Shown one piece after another: positions 26,291 through 40,134 of a stretch of 64,000 nt of DNA. Position numbers and translations under genes: made by a program. This DNA is from Camelus ferus (Eukaryota), in contig NC_045696.1 in NCBI RefSeq assembly GCF_009834535.1, forward strand, positions 29,824,001-29,888,000, in the 5' to 3' direction. Under the pieces are notes generated by a model. The model had not been told where the DNA came from. It did not search any database and saw only the letters and a list, made by a program, of their open reading frames with translations. Every line of letters begins with the position of its first letter. Position 1 is the stretch's first letter.

Positions 26291-28025
26291 AAGATAGCAT
26301 GTTGGAAACGCCATATTTACTAAAATACAGATCTCTATATATTGCTACATATATGTCAAACCAATCAACAAACCTAGAGGGACATTTTATTGTTTTTTTC
26401 TTTTAAATCTTTTCGCAGTGGGCACATATGATATTATCTAGCTATTTGCCTATAATGTATTTGGTTGTTATATTCTGTCACAGATATGGAAAAATTGAAC
26501 TAGTTCTTATTATCATTTTCACTCAAATGCACAAAACATTTATTGAATACTTATATAGATTTTTAAAAAATGGTTCCAGGTGCTACTATTTACTTTTTTA
26601 TCATAATAAGTGTACTTTGCATTTTCATGGTGGTTTTATGTCTTTTGTCTTAAGAATCCTCAAACAGATGTATTTATTCTGTTTTTTTTAAAAAAAGCAT
26701 GACAGCATTAGGTGTTTATGGTCATCTGTGCTAAGTTTTACCATGTTTTTAAACAGCTGTTTATAAAAAATTCATATGATACTTTAAAAGTATACATACA
26801 TTATATATAAATATAAAAGTATAGTATAATACATATATATTTAAACTTTCGTATTATGGATAATGGAAAAGTACCGTAAGATCACTGTCCTGAGCAGTTA
26901 TTGCCCTTGAGTCTTATTTCTAGACCTCATTGATACATTGTTAACACTCAGATCAATAAACAATTATTGTTCTTTGTGAGATGCTGAGAGTAGATTTGGA
27001 GAGTTTACAGGTTAAGAGGCATACTTTACTAGAGGCTGTCAAATGTCAAACTAGCAAGTAAAATGTATTATCTATTGATCTCTATCTATCTATCTATTGT
27101 CTATATCTGTGAGTCCAGAAAGATCTGTATATATCTGTCAACCAAAGTCATATAAAAGATATTTGAATTTTTTTCCTTTCTGCAGACTTCCACAGGGAGC
27201 AGAGCTGATATTACTGGCTCTGTGCCTCACAGTGACTTACAGTTATAATGGGGACAGCAGGCCTCTATAACTCTGTTTAATAGAGAGCAGAGTACCAGCA
27301 GAGATTTTCTAACTCTGCATTTAAAATCCCCCCAATAGCTATTATTACTTCTTAAAACCATTTGAGCATTAGTGCCAAATCAAGTGGAATAGTTTCATTT
27401 AAATAATTTAAGGGGCTGACTGATGTTCTCACATTGGTTATAATAAATAATATTATTAATTTCAAGAGAGAGAGGAGGATCAGAATATTGTGATTTTGGT
27501 TTTCTTTCAACTGAAAAGTATTTTGAAAAGGATTAAAGGAGCAGATTTTCCTCCTAGGGGTTTGACTCCCCATGTTTTCTACCTCTAGTCCTTTCATAGA
27601 AACCCCACCCACTGTGTTTGGCCCCATGTACCTGCCCCTGCAGGGCGGTGTCCTGCCGTGGGAAGTTTTATTCTTCTATGCAACAGGCTTATTGATCAGC
27701 AGGGTTTGCTCACTCAAGTATAAGGACATTCTGATTCTTTCCCTTGGGTTTTCTTTTCCTTCTGGAGAAAACTCGTATGAAGAATTTTTTCACCCCTCTT
27801 ATTGTGCTTTCAATCAATCTTTCATTTGATATATGTGAAAAAAAAGAGAAAAAAAATCTTAAGAGTTATCTTCAAGGGAAAAACTCTCCACATACAGTAG
27901 CTACTCTCCTTTTTTTTTTTTTTTTTTTTACATTATCTGTATTTTCTCTGTGCATCATGAGGTAGTCATTGCAACTATGTTTGAGATTTTTTTTTTCTGT
28001 GCTGTCAACGAACATTCAAATACTA

Positions 28026-28174
28026 CTGTTTCTCAAAATTCCGATTATAAAAAATCATTTGAAAATACAAATTTCCAGTTTGCTTCTTGGAATTTCAATT
28101 TAGTAAGTCTGGGTGGGGCTTGGAATCAGTATTTTAACTTACATGTCCAGGTGATTTCAGTTTGGGAAACACTG
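28026..28174. mobile_element. MER5-like hAT MITE
   Basis: ctgtttctcaaa...tagtaagtctgggtggggcttggaatc...ccaggtgatttcagtttgggaaacactg. Confidence 0.65.
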
Positions 28175-29199
28175 AATCATCTCCTGTACTTTGACAAAGT
28201 AATGACAGGTACCTCGCTTGATATTTCAAAACAAATGTCAGCACTTGCTATTTCATGTTCCTCATTCTAGTATTTTGAGCTTCATGTTTCATAAGACTGC
28301 TGTTGTCATTTCTGTCGAATCCTCTCATTGTAGAGCTGGAGTTGCCTCTGGTCAGCTATGGTCTTCTTTGAGGTGAAATTGGAGGGTGACCTAGAAGGAA
28401 AAGAGGAAAACTAGAGCTAAAAGAGCAGTTGCTACCATAGGCTGATCTAGCACGAAGGGTAACATGCTTTGATAAATGGGTAATGAAAAATTTACTTGCA
28501 GAGGAAACAAGGCTGGAAATGGCCGGGAGCCAAGAACATCTGTGTTCTTGGTATCCCAAATGTGTGAAAGGAGCAGATGTAACTGAATATATAACAGAAA
28601 CCCTGGCACCATTCCTAATACCATGGAGGAAAGCTCTGGATGTGCACAGAAGGCTTTCTGAAACCCAGAAAAATGAAGAATACTGGGGAAACTCTCAAGT
28701 AATAGTATTAGCTATCTTGAGGAGTGATATTATTAAAGTGGCTCAAGGCAATGGAGACAGCTTATTTATACGAGAGAAAGAGAAGTTACTGACTGTGCAC
28801 AAATGAAAAGACGCCTCCAGAAATATATTGTCTATGCAATTGTATATTGTAAAATTATATTTAAGCATACATATGAGAGGTAAAGCATTAGAATTTTTTA
28901 TACATGCTTCATCTGTTCCCTATAAAACTACAAGCTCTTTCAAGGCCAGCATATTGTCTTTGCTTTACTAAGTTGTTCAAACTTTTCATGAGCTCAACCA
29001 AGTGGTCTAAGAATGACTAAACAGAGGTGCCTGTAAAATAGAACAGAATGTAAAATGAAGACCAGGAAAAGCCGGATCATAGCAGCTACTGTTTTGTTTA
29101 TTTCATGATACTAAGAAAATTTATTTTAAAATTCTTATTAAATTAGTATCTGGGTAGGCCCCAGTGATTGGCATAATTGTAATATTGTACATAGTTAGG

Positions 29200-29600
29200 G
29201 TGGACACATAACATCCTTTCCTTGGCTCCCTTTTAGCTAGGTGTGGCTGTGTGACATAGTTCTCATTAGTGGGATTCTGTTGGGTCAGTTTTTGTCTTCC
29301 TGATAAAAATGGGACAAAGCTGACATACCTCTTGGTTCTTCCTTCTTCCTGTCTGCAATGTGGATGGGAAGCTAGAGGTGCGACAGCCGTGTTGTGATTC
29401 TGAGGTGACAACCGTAAGGAGGAAAGCAGACAGTCTAAATATGACAGAGAAGAAGGAATCTATTGGATTCCGTGGTACCCACTGCACCAAGCCTGGACTG
29501 CTCTCTGGACTTCCGGTTATGTGAGGGGAAAAGCCCAATTTAAGCTACACTTGGTCAGAATTTCTGATACTTGTTGCTGAATACACTCCTAATGGATGTA
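29200..29600 (+). mobile_element. MaLR LTR, MLT1J-like
   Basis: Contains gctaggtgtggctgtgtgac, tcttcctgtctgcaatgtggatg, gcctggactgctctctggacttc and a 3' ttctgatacttgttgctgaa. Confidence 0.7.
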
Positions 29601-30284
29601 GTAGTTATACATTATTAGTAACTCCAACTCTGTACAATAGTTTCAAGGAAGTTTTCAGTGCACTTAGCTCTGCTTTTCTTTATAATTTCCTGAGAGTCAC
29701 CACTGTCAGTTCTACCCATCCTCAATGAACACATCAATTATTTAGGTGTCAAGTCTCCTCATCTGCTCTCTCCATTATTTTCCCTTATTAAAATTTACTC
29801 AAAAATGATGTTATATGCCACCTAATAATGTGTATCTAGGCATATATATGTATATTACATATACATATATATACATACATATATATCTCATTGCTTAAAA
29901 ATGTGACCTCACTTCAAAATATCCATGTGCATTATATTAGGCATGAAAGCTTTGGTTAATTGTGGACTTTTAGGCATAAGCTATGACAGAATTTTGGCAG
30001 TGAATGGAGAGTGAGTAAGAAAAAGTCTTTAGTAAGTCATATTATAATACAGATCTCTATTCTTAAGACTAGCCCTGAATAAAAAATTCTTACCTGGTTT
30101 ATGAGGATCAGCTACATTAATTTTTTATTTTATGTGCCTTCCTTTGTAATCCTAAATTTTCTTTCCTTGCCAGTATATTGGGGCTCACAATTAAATGTGT
30201 TTAAAATAATTTTTTCATTGCAACTTTCCCTTCATTCAGATGCTTAGAAAAGATACAAATTTGCCTGGGTATAACTAGATTCAG

Positions 30285-30620
30285 AGTATCAGTTAAACTC
30301 ACGTGGTTGCAAGTCTGTCTCTGAGTGAAGGAGGGAAGAAAGATTGGGTGGAAATGTCGTAGACCACCAGGATGTCTAAGGAAAGTTTTGCAAGGCTGTT
30401 AGGGAGTCCTTCAGACAAAACTGGCTATCAGAAAAGTCTCTCAGGAATGAGGCTTCCTTGGTATGTCTATCAAACTTAATTACTGCCTCAGAGCAGCCTA
30501 TAAAAATCATTTGCCTTAGTGTAAATGAAGTGATGGGTTTCAGAGCTCAGCAGCTGGTGTCCTCCGTTATTTACGTTCCCATAGTTAAAAGTTGGAAAGG
30601 TGCATTCTCATGACAACCAA
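30285..30620. mobile_element. ERVL LTR fragment (LTR16-like)
   Basis: gaaggagggaagaaagattgggtgg...aaggctgttagggagtcctt...cagagctcagcagctgg resembles the LTR16 group (from recall). Confidence 0.4.
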
Positions 30621-31111
30621 AGTACGTTCTAAAACATCAGCTTCTAGGGGGAGTCATTTTAAAAATTTCTCCTAGAACTCTGGAAAAAAAAACAGTCTAA
30701 GGTAATTAATTACTATAGAACAATCTTTCTTTCAAAAAAATACTCATGATAGTAAATAAGAGTTTTAAGAAAGTAAAAGATCTTTTAAATCAGTTGCTTT
30801 CTCTACAATACCTCTATTCCACTTTTTCCTTTTAAAGTCATTTCTGATTTTATGCTAAGCTACTTTTGAGAAGATAAGAAAGAGGAATGTCTCAAGTTGT
30901 GAATACTGACTCTAGACATAGATGTGTACTTCATTCGTTAACCAAATGTTTATTGAACACCTTCTATGTACCAGATATTTTTCTATATACTAAGGATATA
31001 GCAGTGAACAGAAAAACACAGTATCTTTACTGTGGATCTTATATTCATTATAGTGATGGAAAAATGGTTAGTTTTTTTTTTTTTTGTCATCAAAATAGGC
31101 TATGCATGTGA

Positions 31112-31220
31112 TTTGTAAACTTCAGCATGAAACAGAGTAACTTGGACGCCAAAGTTAAATTACAGATACTGGACCCCACCCCCAGTGTTTCTAACCCAGT
31201 AGGTATAGAATGGGGCCAGT
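31112..31220. mobile_element. MER5-like fragment
   Basis: cagatactggaccccacccccagtgtttctaacccagtaggt. Confidence 0.6.
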
Positions 31221-31654
31221 TTATACTACCTTAAGGCATAGGATATGAAAATGAATAAATGGAATATTCTGTAAACATCACTGCTTCTGCTACAGATGTG
31301 AAGGGTAGAGAATGAAGAGTAGATCTGACTAATTACTAAAAGCTAGACAAAGCTTCTTGGTCAAACAATTCAGACATCATTAATATCAACTCCAATAAAG
31401 ATATGGAAGACATGTTTTTCAATGCTGTGAATAACATATAATTAGGAGGGGTAATTCAGATATTAGTTGACATCTGGAATGACAGACCAAAACCAAAGGA
31501 TAAGATTCACTCTAAGTTATGCACTCAGAGTTTTAAAAAAAGAACCATCAAATACAAGATTTAAAATTCCTTTATTTATTTATTCAACAACTAATTATTT
31601 AGTAACCACTATGTGCCAAGCATGAATTTGTGACAAGGATACAGACATGATCTT

Positions 31655-34600
31655 CTTTTCCTCTTGGTTTAATGAGATATTATTGACAAATAACTTATGC
31701 AGGTTTAAGGTGTACTATGTGATGATTTAATACAAGTATGTATCATGAAATTATTACTATAGTAAGGTTAGTTTACATCTCCATCTTCTCCCATAATTAA
31801 TGTTTTTGGTGATAACATATAAGATTTATTCTCTTAGCAACTTTCAAGTATATAATACAATATTGTTAATTAAAGTCACCATGCTGTACATTAGATCCCT
31901 GGAATTCATTTGTATTAAAGCAGGAAATTTATACTCTTTGATCAACATCTCCCATTTTCCTCTCCCTTTGACTATGGACAACCACCATTCTGCTCTCTGT
32001 CTATGAGTTCTGCAGTTTAGATTTCAAATATAAGTAAGAACATACAGTATCTGTCCTTCTCTGTCTAACTTATTTCATTTAGCATCATGCCCTCAAGGTC
32101 CATCCATGTTGTTGTAAATGTCATGTTTTCCTTCTTTTTATGGCTGAATTATATCGAATTGTGTATGTGTATATGTGTGTGTGTATGTGTATATGTATAT
32201 ATATAAAATTTTCTTTATCCGTTCATCCATAAATGGATGCTTCTTTAAATGTTTGGTAGAATTCACCAGTGAAATCATCTGATCCTTGGGTTTTCTTTGT
32301 TAGGAGATTTTTGATAACTGATTTAATCTACTTATTTACTTGTTATTGGTCTTTTCACATTTTCTGTTTCCTTACAATGTAGTATTGGTAGGTTGCATGT
32401 TTCTAGGAATTTTTCACTTCATCTCGATTATCCAATTTGTTGGCATACAATTATTTATAGCATTCTCTTATGAGCCTTTGTATTTCTGTGGTATCAGTTG
32501 TAATATCACCTCTTTTATTTCTGATATTATTTATTTGAATCTCCTTTTTTTAATCCAGTCAAAAGTTTGTCACTTCTGTGTATTGTTTCAAAAAAACAGC
32601 TCAGTTTCATTGATTTTTCTCCTGTTCTTCTTGTGTCTGTTTCACTTATTTCTGCTCTGATTCCTTCCTTCTGGTATCTTTGGGCTTAGTTTGTTCTTCT
32701 TTTTATAGTTCCTTGAGGTGTAAAGTTGTTATTTATGATCTTTCTTTTTTCTTAATATAGGCATTTATCACTATATACTTCCCTCATAGGGAGCTTTTGC
32801 TCTATTATGTAAGTTTTGGTATTCTGTGTATTCATTTTAATTTGTTTCAAGATATTTTTTAATTTCCTTTTTGAATTCTTCTTTGACATATTGGTTTTTT
32901 ACAAGGGTGTTGTTTAATTTTCACACATTTGTTTATTTTCCAGTTTTCCTCCTGGTTTTGATTTCTAGTTTTATACCATCGTTGTTGGAAATGATAGTTA
33001 GTATGAGTTCAGTTGTCTTATATTTGCTAAGGCTGTTTTTGTGACCTAACGTATAATCTATCCTGGAGAATGTGCCATGTGCATTGAGAAGAATGTGTAT
33101 TTTGCTGCTGTTGGGTGGGATGTTTTTCAAACGTCTGTCAGGTCCACTTGGTCTAAGGTATAGTTCGTATCCAATGTTTCCTTATTGATTTCCTCTCTAG
33201 ATGATTTACCTGTTGTTGAAAGTAGAATATCAGTATCTACTACTGTTATTGTACTGTTGTCTATTTCTCTCTTTAGATTTGTTAATATTTGCTTAATATA
33301 ATTAAGTGTATGTATATTTACAATTGTTATATATTCTTGATTAATTGACCCCTTTGTCGTTATATAACACTATTCTTTGCCTCTTGTTACCATATTTGAC
33401 TTAAAGTCTATTTTGTCTGATATAAGTAGAGCCACTCCTGTTCTCTTATGGTTTTGAATTGCTTGGAATATTTTTTCTGTCTCTTCCTTTTAGCCCATAT
33501 GTATCCTTAAAGTTGAAGTGAGTGTCTTGTAGGTAGTACGTTAATTTGATCTTGTTTCTGAATCTATTCAACTACTGTATGCCTTTTGATTGAAGAATTA
33601 ATCCATTTATATTTAAAGTAATTATCGATACATATGGACTTACAAATGACATCTTATTAGTTGATTTCTGTCTGTTTTGTGGTCCTCTTGTTTTTTAATC
33701 TCTCTTTTGCTGTGAATTGCTCTTTCTTTGTGAATTGATAATTTTTCATAGTAGTACACTTTGACTCTCTTCTGTTTATATTTTGTATCTACTATAAATT
33801 TTGCTTTGTGGTTACTCTGAGGATTACATAAAACATTGTCATAATCTTGGATGTCCCAATCTCTCTGAGATTTGGAACATTCTCAGCCATTGTTTCTTTA
33901 AATAAGCTTTCTGCCCATTTCTCCTCTCCTTCTGGGACTCTAATAATACATAGATTGTTTCACTTAATGGCATCCCATAATTTACATAGGCTTTCTTCAC
34001 TCTTTTATTCTTTTTTTCTTTTTGCTCCTCTGACTGGATGACTTCAAATGACCCATCTATAAGTTCATGAATTCTTTCTTCTGCTTGGTTGAATCTGTTA
34101 CTGGAGCTGTCTTTTGAATTTTCAGTTCATTGCATTCTTCTGTTTTGTTTTTTAAACTTGGTTTCTATTTTTTTGTTGTTGTTGTAGAACTTTTCATTTT
34201 GTTTATACATTGTTTTCCTAATTTCTATGTAGTTGTCTATATCTGTTTTCCTATAGTTCACTGAATTTCTTTAAGAGGATTGTATTGAATTTTTTGTCAG
34301 ACTGTTCATTGATTTCCATTTATTTAGGGCCAGCCATTGGATTTTTATTAGTTTCCTTTGGTGGTGTCTTCTTTCTTTGATTATCTATGATCCTGTGGTC
34401 TGTGGTGGTTGGTCTGGCTCTGGGGCAGGCCAGGAGCCTGAATCCTTAGGGGATGGTCTTGAGGCTGAGGCTATAGGGGTGGCCAGATGCTAGTGTGGGC
34501 TGGGAATTTGGGTTTGCAGGTCTGGTCTGGAGTCTAGGTTTGTGGACCAGCCTGGTACTGGGGGGAAACATGGGCCATGTGCCTGGTGCTGGGGTGGGTC

Positions 34601-35240
34601 AAAAGCCTGGGTCTGTAGTAGTAGTAGGCCTGATCCTGGGCCTGGCAAGAAGCCTGGGTTTGTGGGTGCCCACCTGGAGCCTGGGATTGCTAGAGTTTGT
34701 TGGGATCCTTGGGCCATGGGAGCTTGTGAGGCTGTGGGAACCCGCTGGTGCCAGGATGAGCAGGGAGTGTAGACTCACAGGAGCCTGCTGGGAGCTTGGG
34801 GCCAATGGAAGCCAACTGGGGCCATTGCAGCCAGCAGGCACTGGGGTGAGCTGGGGGTGTAGGAACCCACAAGGAGACACTGGGTCCTCAGGAGCTGGCC
34901 TGGTGCTGGGGCCAGCTGGCTCTGGGAGCCATGGTGAAGTAGGGCACTCATTTCACGCTCCTTCTCCCACAGGGAGGGTGTGTCTTCTCTGTGTGGTCTC
35001 TCTCTATGTTGGGCTACCTGGCCTTGGGAGAGGGTGATGGGGGTAATGTGATTCTATCTTTTCTACCCTCCTCAAGGTGTCTTATTATTTCTATGCTTCA
35101 CTCAGGTGCTATAATCCTGTCACCTGGAATTTTAGCTTTTTTGAAGATATTTTTTGTTTACAGAGAGTTACTCAAATTGATATTTCTGAGGGTGGGACAA
35201 GCACTAGCAATTCCTTTGCTGCCATTTTGCTGACATCCTC
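31655..35240 (-). mobile_element. Old LINE-1 (L1MA-like) with both ends present and large internal deletions
   Basis: From left to right: 3'UTR (~31660-32240), Z-domain remnant (degenerate PGPDGFTGEFYQTFKE) at ~32241-32290, EN remnant HGTFSRIDYTLGHKNSL at 32933-33130, ORF1 remnant LFKETMAENVPNL at ~33865-33905, and a GC-rich 5' region ending in gccattttgctgacatcctc (35221-35240). Confidence 0.88.
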
Positions 35241-35269
35241 AACAAGAGATTTAACCATGTTCTTGCAAA

Positions 35270-35790
35270 AATTTTCATTAGTCAACAACACAGTTAGAGT
35301 CCAAATATCACAAAACCATTCAAAAGCTAATGTTCTATTAGGTCATATATAAAAAAAATAAGAAAGAAAGAAACCGTGGAAGCCAAATTCGGGATAATGT
35401 CTCTGCTGTTGGAGTGGATGCACCTGGAACACTGCTTTCACTTCTGAATAACCCCAAAGAAGGACACTGATAAATCAGAAGAACCCAGAGGTGCAATCAG
35501 GATATTAAGGGGTCTGAAAATCATTTCAAAACTGAAATGATCACTGCAGATTGGGGAGGTTTAGCCATAAAATAAAAAAACAGAACCAAAGTTTAAAAAT
35601 GTATAGTCATGACAACAATAATAATTCTCAAATACTTGAAAGCATTTAAAGTAGAAGAAATAAACTTCTTATTGTCTCCTACAAAGGGTTGTATTAGGGC
35701 AGATAAAAACAATGGGGAAGAAGATTACTGCAAGTTGGGAAGATTACAAAATTAATGCTGGATGATAAAAAAAGAAATTTCTGAGAGTAA
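35270..35790 (+). mobile_element. L3/CR1 relic (3' part); 5' continuation probably at ~31400-31560
   Basis: aaaagctaatgttctattagg, ctggaacactgctttcacttctg, ccagaggtgcaatcaggatattaaggggtctgaaaa and tctcaaatacttgaa are CR1/L3 3' hallmarks. Confidence 0.6.
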
Positions 35791-37614
35791 GCCACATAAC
35801 AAGGAATGTGCTGAACCATCTTTTTTAGATAACACTCCCACTAGATAAATCTTTGCTGTAGGAAAAGAGGGTCTCATTTACCTCTGAAGACTCAGGACTG
35901 GAACATAGAAGCTTTTTAATTGTATCTATGTAATGAACAAATTAATTCTGTTATGTTTATTCTCTGAATTTAAATTTTTGTATAGTTAGAATACATGCAC
36001 TCTAATTGTGAGAGTCCCCTCACCATTCCCTAGTTGGATTGCATTACATGTCTATGTAGGATAAAGCATCCAGCTGAGCTGGGAAGTAAACACATGCTGA
36101 CTACTCAGGAAAGAGCATTGCAAATATTCCACTCTTAGTGAGACAAACCGTGGGGCTAAAGACAGTACAAGATCAGAATGCTTAAAGCAAGTCTAGAAGA
36201 CATTTTATCTCTTAGAGGCCAGTACTCCCATATATCCATTATGGAGATTATGGCTCATGAAAGAGTATAAAAATGATTATTTTTCCTTCCAGTCTCTGAT
36301 GGATGTGAAGCACAAGCTTCGGTTGCCGCATCTAGTCTCAGAAATTGATTCAAAGGGTTACTTATGCTTTCAGGACATAATCCTCTGAAACAGTTCTAGC
36401 ATCAGTTTTTGCTATTGTGAGCTGTCTATTATTTGGTTTTCTGTCAACCAGACAAGATGTCAAGTCATGTTTCCTTGCTTCAAATTGCTGCATATTATCT
36501 ATCCCCTGGTGAACTTCTTTTCCACATGTTCATATTTAAGTAGGAATAGAGGTGAATACATAAAGTTGAATGCCTGAATTGTTTTTAAAAGGCCAATTCA
36601 GAATATTTTAAAAAGTATTTTAGTGTGTCAAATGTGAATTGACACACAGTATTTTGTTCACAGCAAGCTGAAAATCTTTGGAATATGAACTTTTTATATG
36701 ACTTAGGAACTAACAATTCAAAAAGGTAAACCTGACTGTTTTGTAATGAATGTTTTTGGAAACACATTTGAAATCTATTCTTTACCCAACAAGCTTGGAT
36801 ATGCACGTCTTGGGCATTATCTTTTCTTCACTTGGCAAGCGTAGCTGTGGACAACATTTCCACTTGTCTAAAGAGTTTTTTGTTGTTGTTGGTAAAACTT
36901 TCCTCACTTTTTAGTGAGAGAGTTGTGTTTTTTTTGAAAAGAAACCCTAAAAGGATTTTAAGCTGCTTTTTTACAGTGCTAGAGTTTATCATTAGTGCTC
37001 ATTATCTGTGTTTGGCAAGGATGCGTCATGTTTAGGATAAATAGTTTTATTTATTCCAAGAAGTTTTGACATTTATTTAAGAATAGCCAGTTCTTAATTT
37101 CTCAGAGTAATGTAGGAAAGCCCAGTTATGGATTAGTCAAGTAATGTGCTGGAATATGTAGATTAGGCAGTTACAGTAATTAACATATGCAGCTTTCAAA
37201 GTAGAAACTTAATGTTCTGCAGTTTTGTTCAGCTATAACTGGAAAATGCTGAATTTCAAGCATAGTTATAACCATCAGTGTTATATATACAGCAAAATAT
37301 ATTTATATTCAAAAGAATACAAAAGCAATGACAAATATAATAGAAAACACAACTCTTAAAAAAAAACAATTGCTGTCTATTTACTTTGTTTGCTTGGTTT
37401 GCACACAGCAGCTGGTGGGATTTGATGGATGAGGAAGTGGTAGAACGGGTGGCATCATTATTGCCTGGGAGACCGAGGTGGTTGTACAGCTCCTTTGAAT
37501 GAGGGAACAGAGAACCAGGAAGTAAGATAGAACCAGGAGATAAGGTGGGGGCAAGGGAAACAATGATCTGGGAGTGAATGGAAGGAATGAGAGAGAATAA
37601 GAAGGAAGGAAGAC

Positions 37615-37795
37615 GTTGAGTCACTGAGTGTCTATTATGTACCAATTCCTACCCATACTAGATATTTTATGATCATGAACTTATTTCATACCAACATCAT
37701 CCCTTTGAAATAGATAATACTCTCCCCAATTTGTCGATAAGAAAACCAAGACTTAGAAAGATTAGGAAATTTGCCAGAATGACACAGCTAAATGG
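37615..37795 (-). mobile_element. MIR SINE
   Basis: actgagtgtctattatgtacca...ccccaatttgtcgataagaaaaccaagacttagaaagattagg..tttgccagaatgacacagcta. Confidence 0.65.
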
Positions 37796-39399
37796 AAATT
37801 TTAGATTGGTTTTAATGTCTACAAGGCATCTTAACAGGGATGGTTAGTAGGCAGTTGATTATATAGTTGGGAATTAGGGAGAGAGGTAAGGGCTAGAGGT
37901 AGAAATTTGGGAGATATCAGACTAAAGATCATAATTATGTACTGTGTCTTGATGAAATTACCTAAGGCAGGAGTAGAGATAGGAAACCAAAAGCTGTAGC
38001 TCTATTAGCCTGTTCTATTGACAATTAAACCATTCTGTATAAGTGTAGTCTTGGCTTGACTGCATGAAAATCCTTTCCACTCCCCCCACCCCCTACCCCC
38101 CACGTTTTTTCCTGTTAAAGAGAGAAGTACAAAGTAGGTGAATTGCAGCCAAATTTGTGTATTTGTGCTTGGGAGATGTGAGGGTTGGTGGTGGGCCAAG
38201 AACTCCAGTGTGAGATTTGGTGTCAAATAATTGTTTTCATCTGTAACATGGGATAGGAATGGGTAGTAAACATGAAATTAAGAGATAAAGCAAAAGATGG
38301 GGTGGAATAAAGCTGACATGGAACAGAATATTATTATTAAAGCATAAATATGGTAAAAAGAAAAAAAACTCATTGGACAAAAAATCAAGAACACATAAAT
38401 AACACACTTAATAAGAAAAGTTTTCTAGCATGTTGCATGACTTTTAGTAGAACAAAGAGAAATCAAGAAGTAAACCATCTCTTCTCAGGATGTATGAGAC
38501 CCTATTATAGCTCCGTCTCCCAGACTGGTCTCTCCACTTGATCAAACAATTTGAAAAATAGAAGAGGAAATAAAGAAGATAAACAAAAATTTGTGTCCAG
38601 TAAGACAAGATAAATTCATACATTATATCTCAAATAGGAAGGTACTTAATATTATATTTGAAGAATTAAGTTAAGGAGGTTACTAAGTAATTATTCTCTA
38701 TTTTGCTAAGCAAATGATCATACATTATCTGAAGTCAGGTTAAAAAAATCAGGTTAAAAAAAGACTTTTTAGGAGCCATTAGTGAAAGTCGTGGCACACA
38801 AATTTTGATAGGCAGGTCCTTAAGTGTCTCAATGTGATAATTAAATAGAGTTACATTTGTCTGTCTAATTTCCCTTGCCCTTGTCCATCTTTGAGTGTCC
38901 CCGTGCTAAGGTGATTTTTTTTTTCCCCAGACCCTTTGTTCTGTGTCTAGATTTTGCTGTATTGGTTGTCAACTAATTTCTCCTAAGAAGTTGACTTTTA
39001 GGTTATTAGAAACAGGGACGGTGAATGGAAAGAGTACTGGAGCAGAAGACAGCTGTCAGGTATTTCTAGTCCTGACTCACATTAATTTTCTTTCCCTTGA
39101 TTTTATTAACTACAAACTAAGAGAGATACATTAGACTCTCTAAGATTAAACTAGATTTTCAGAGTCATTCCAGCTCTAACATAATTTGACTGCATTGTTT
39201 TCATTGTGAACTTTTCCACAGTTATTTGCTGTTAGTAGTAGAATTGTTATAACTGGTGGCAAGGACTGTACTAGAAAGGTCCCTGCAAAAGTACCATAGA
39301 AAATACTGTTGAGACTGTCAGGGGAGTTCTGTAGGGATTCTACTGTGCAGGCCAGCCATAACGTAGTGTCATCCGTTACTTTTTTTCTTTCTTAATTTT

Positions 39400-40115
39400 T
39401 TCAGACTTGTCCATTCTACTTCCTAAGGGCATCTCATTCATCCTTACTTCCCTTTCCCACTGCTACTGCCTTTGTTAAGTCTCTCTCTCACTAACACAGT
39501 AGTGAGACACACAACAATTAGTCCTTTTAAAAATTCTGGTCTCCATTTTAAACCCTCTTCAATCTGTTTGCTGTTCATAGCGAGTGATTTTCCTAAATGA
39601 GGGTCTTAATCATGACATATCTCTGCTCAAAAGTTTTGATGTCTCCTCATTGTCTACAAAGTCCAACCTTCTTCCTAAGTCAGTTAAGGCTCTAAACAGT
39701 CTTTTTAGTCTGATCCATGATCTTGGTTCTACTTCTACCTTCATCCACCCACTAGTCTCCAAATGAATTATGGACTCAATAACCACTCTGTCTTTGCTGG
39801 TGGGGTTCCCTCTGTCAGGATTATTCTTCCTCCCTCCTCATTTCTTTCTGTCAAAATTCCATATATCCTTTAAATCTTAACTCAGCCATCTCCTCTGTGA
39901 AGCCATTTTACGGCTGGATTAATTTTTCAGAACACTTTATTTTTATGTATACTGTAGAGTAGGATTATTCTACCTTTTATTATAGTTTGTGTTTGAGTCT
40001 CCCAAAAAACTGGAAAACTCCCTGAGGTGGAGCCTCAGAGTATTATCCATCTCTGAATTCCCCAAAGTGCTTACCTATGCAGGTAAATAGTCAATAAATG
40101 CTTTTTAAATTGAAT
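39400..40115 (+). mobile_element. L2 3' end relic
   Basis: cccactgctactgcc, tctctgctcaaaa, ctcctctgtgaagcc, ending gtcaataaatgctttttaaattgaat. Confidence 0.65.
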
Positions 40116-40134
40116 TCTGTTGAAGAATGGAAAA

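Noticed and set aside
27958..27979. let-7-like start tgaggtagt
   Set aside because: The match ends after 9 nt and there is no precursor hairpin.
28483..28806. 107-aa ORF with protein-like composition
   Set aside because: No recognisable homology or supporting splice or promoter signals; possibly decayed ERV internal sequence.
34495..35037. 180-aa Gly-rich ORF and overlapping ORFs
   Set aside because: GC-rich L1 5' region where stop codons are scarce; no protein motif.
38735..38762. 14-bp perfect tandem tcaggttaaaaaaa x2
   Set aside because: Ordinary slippage duplication.
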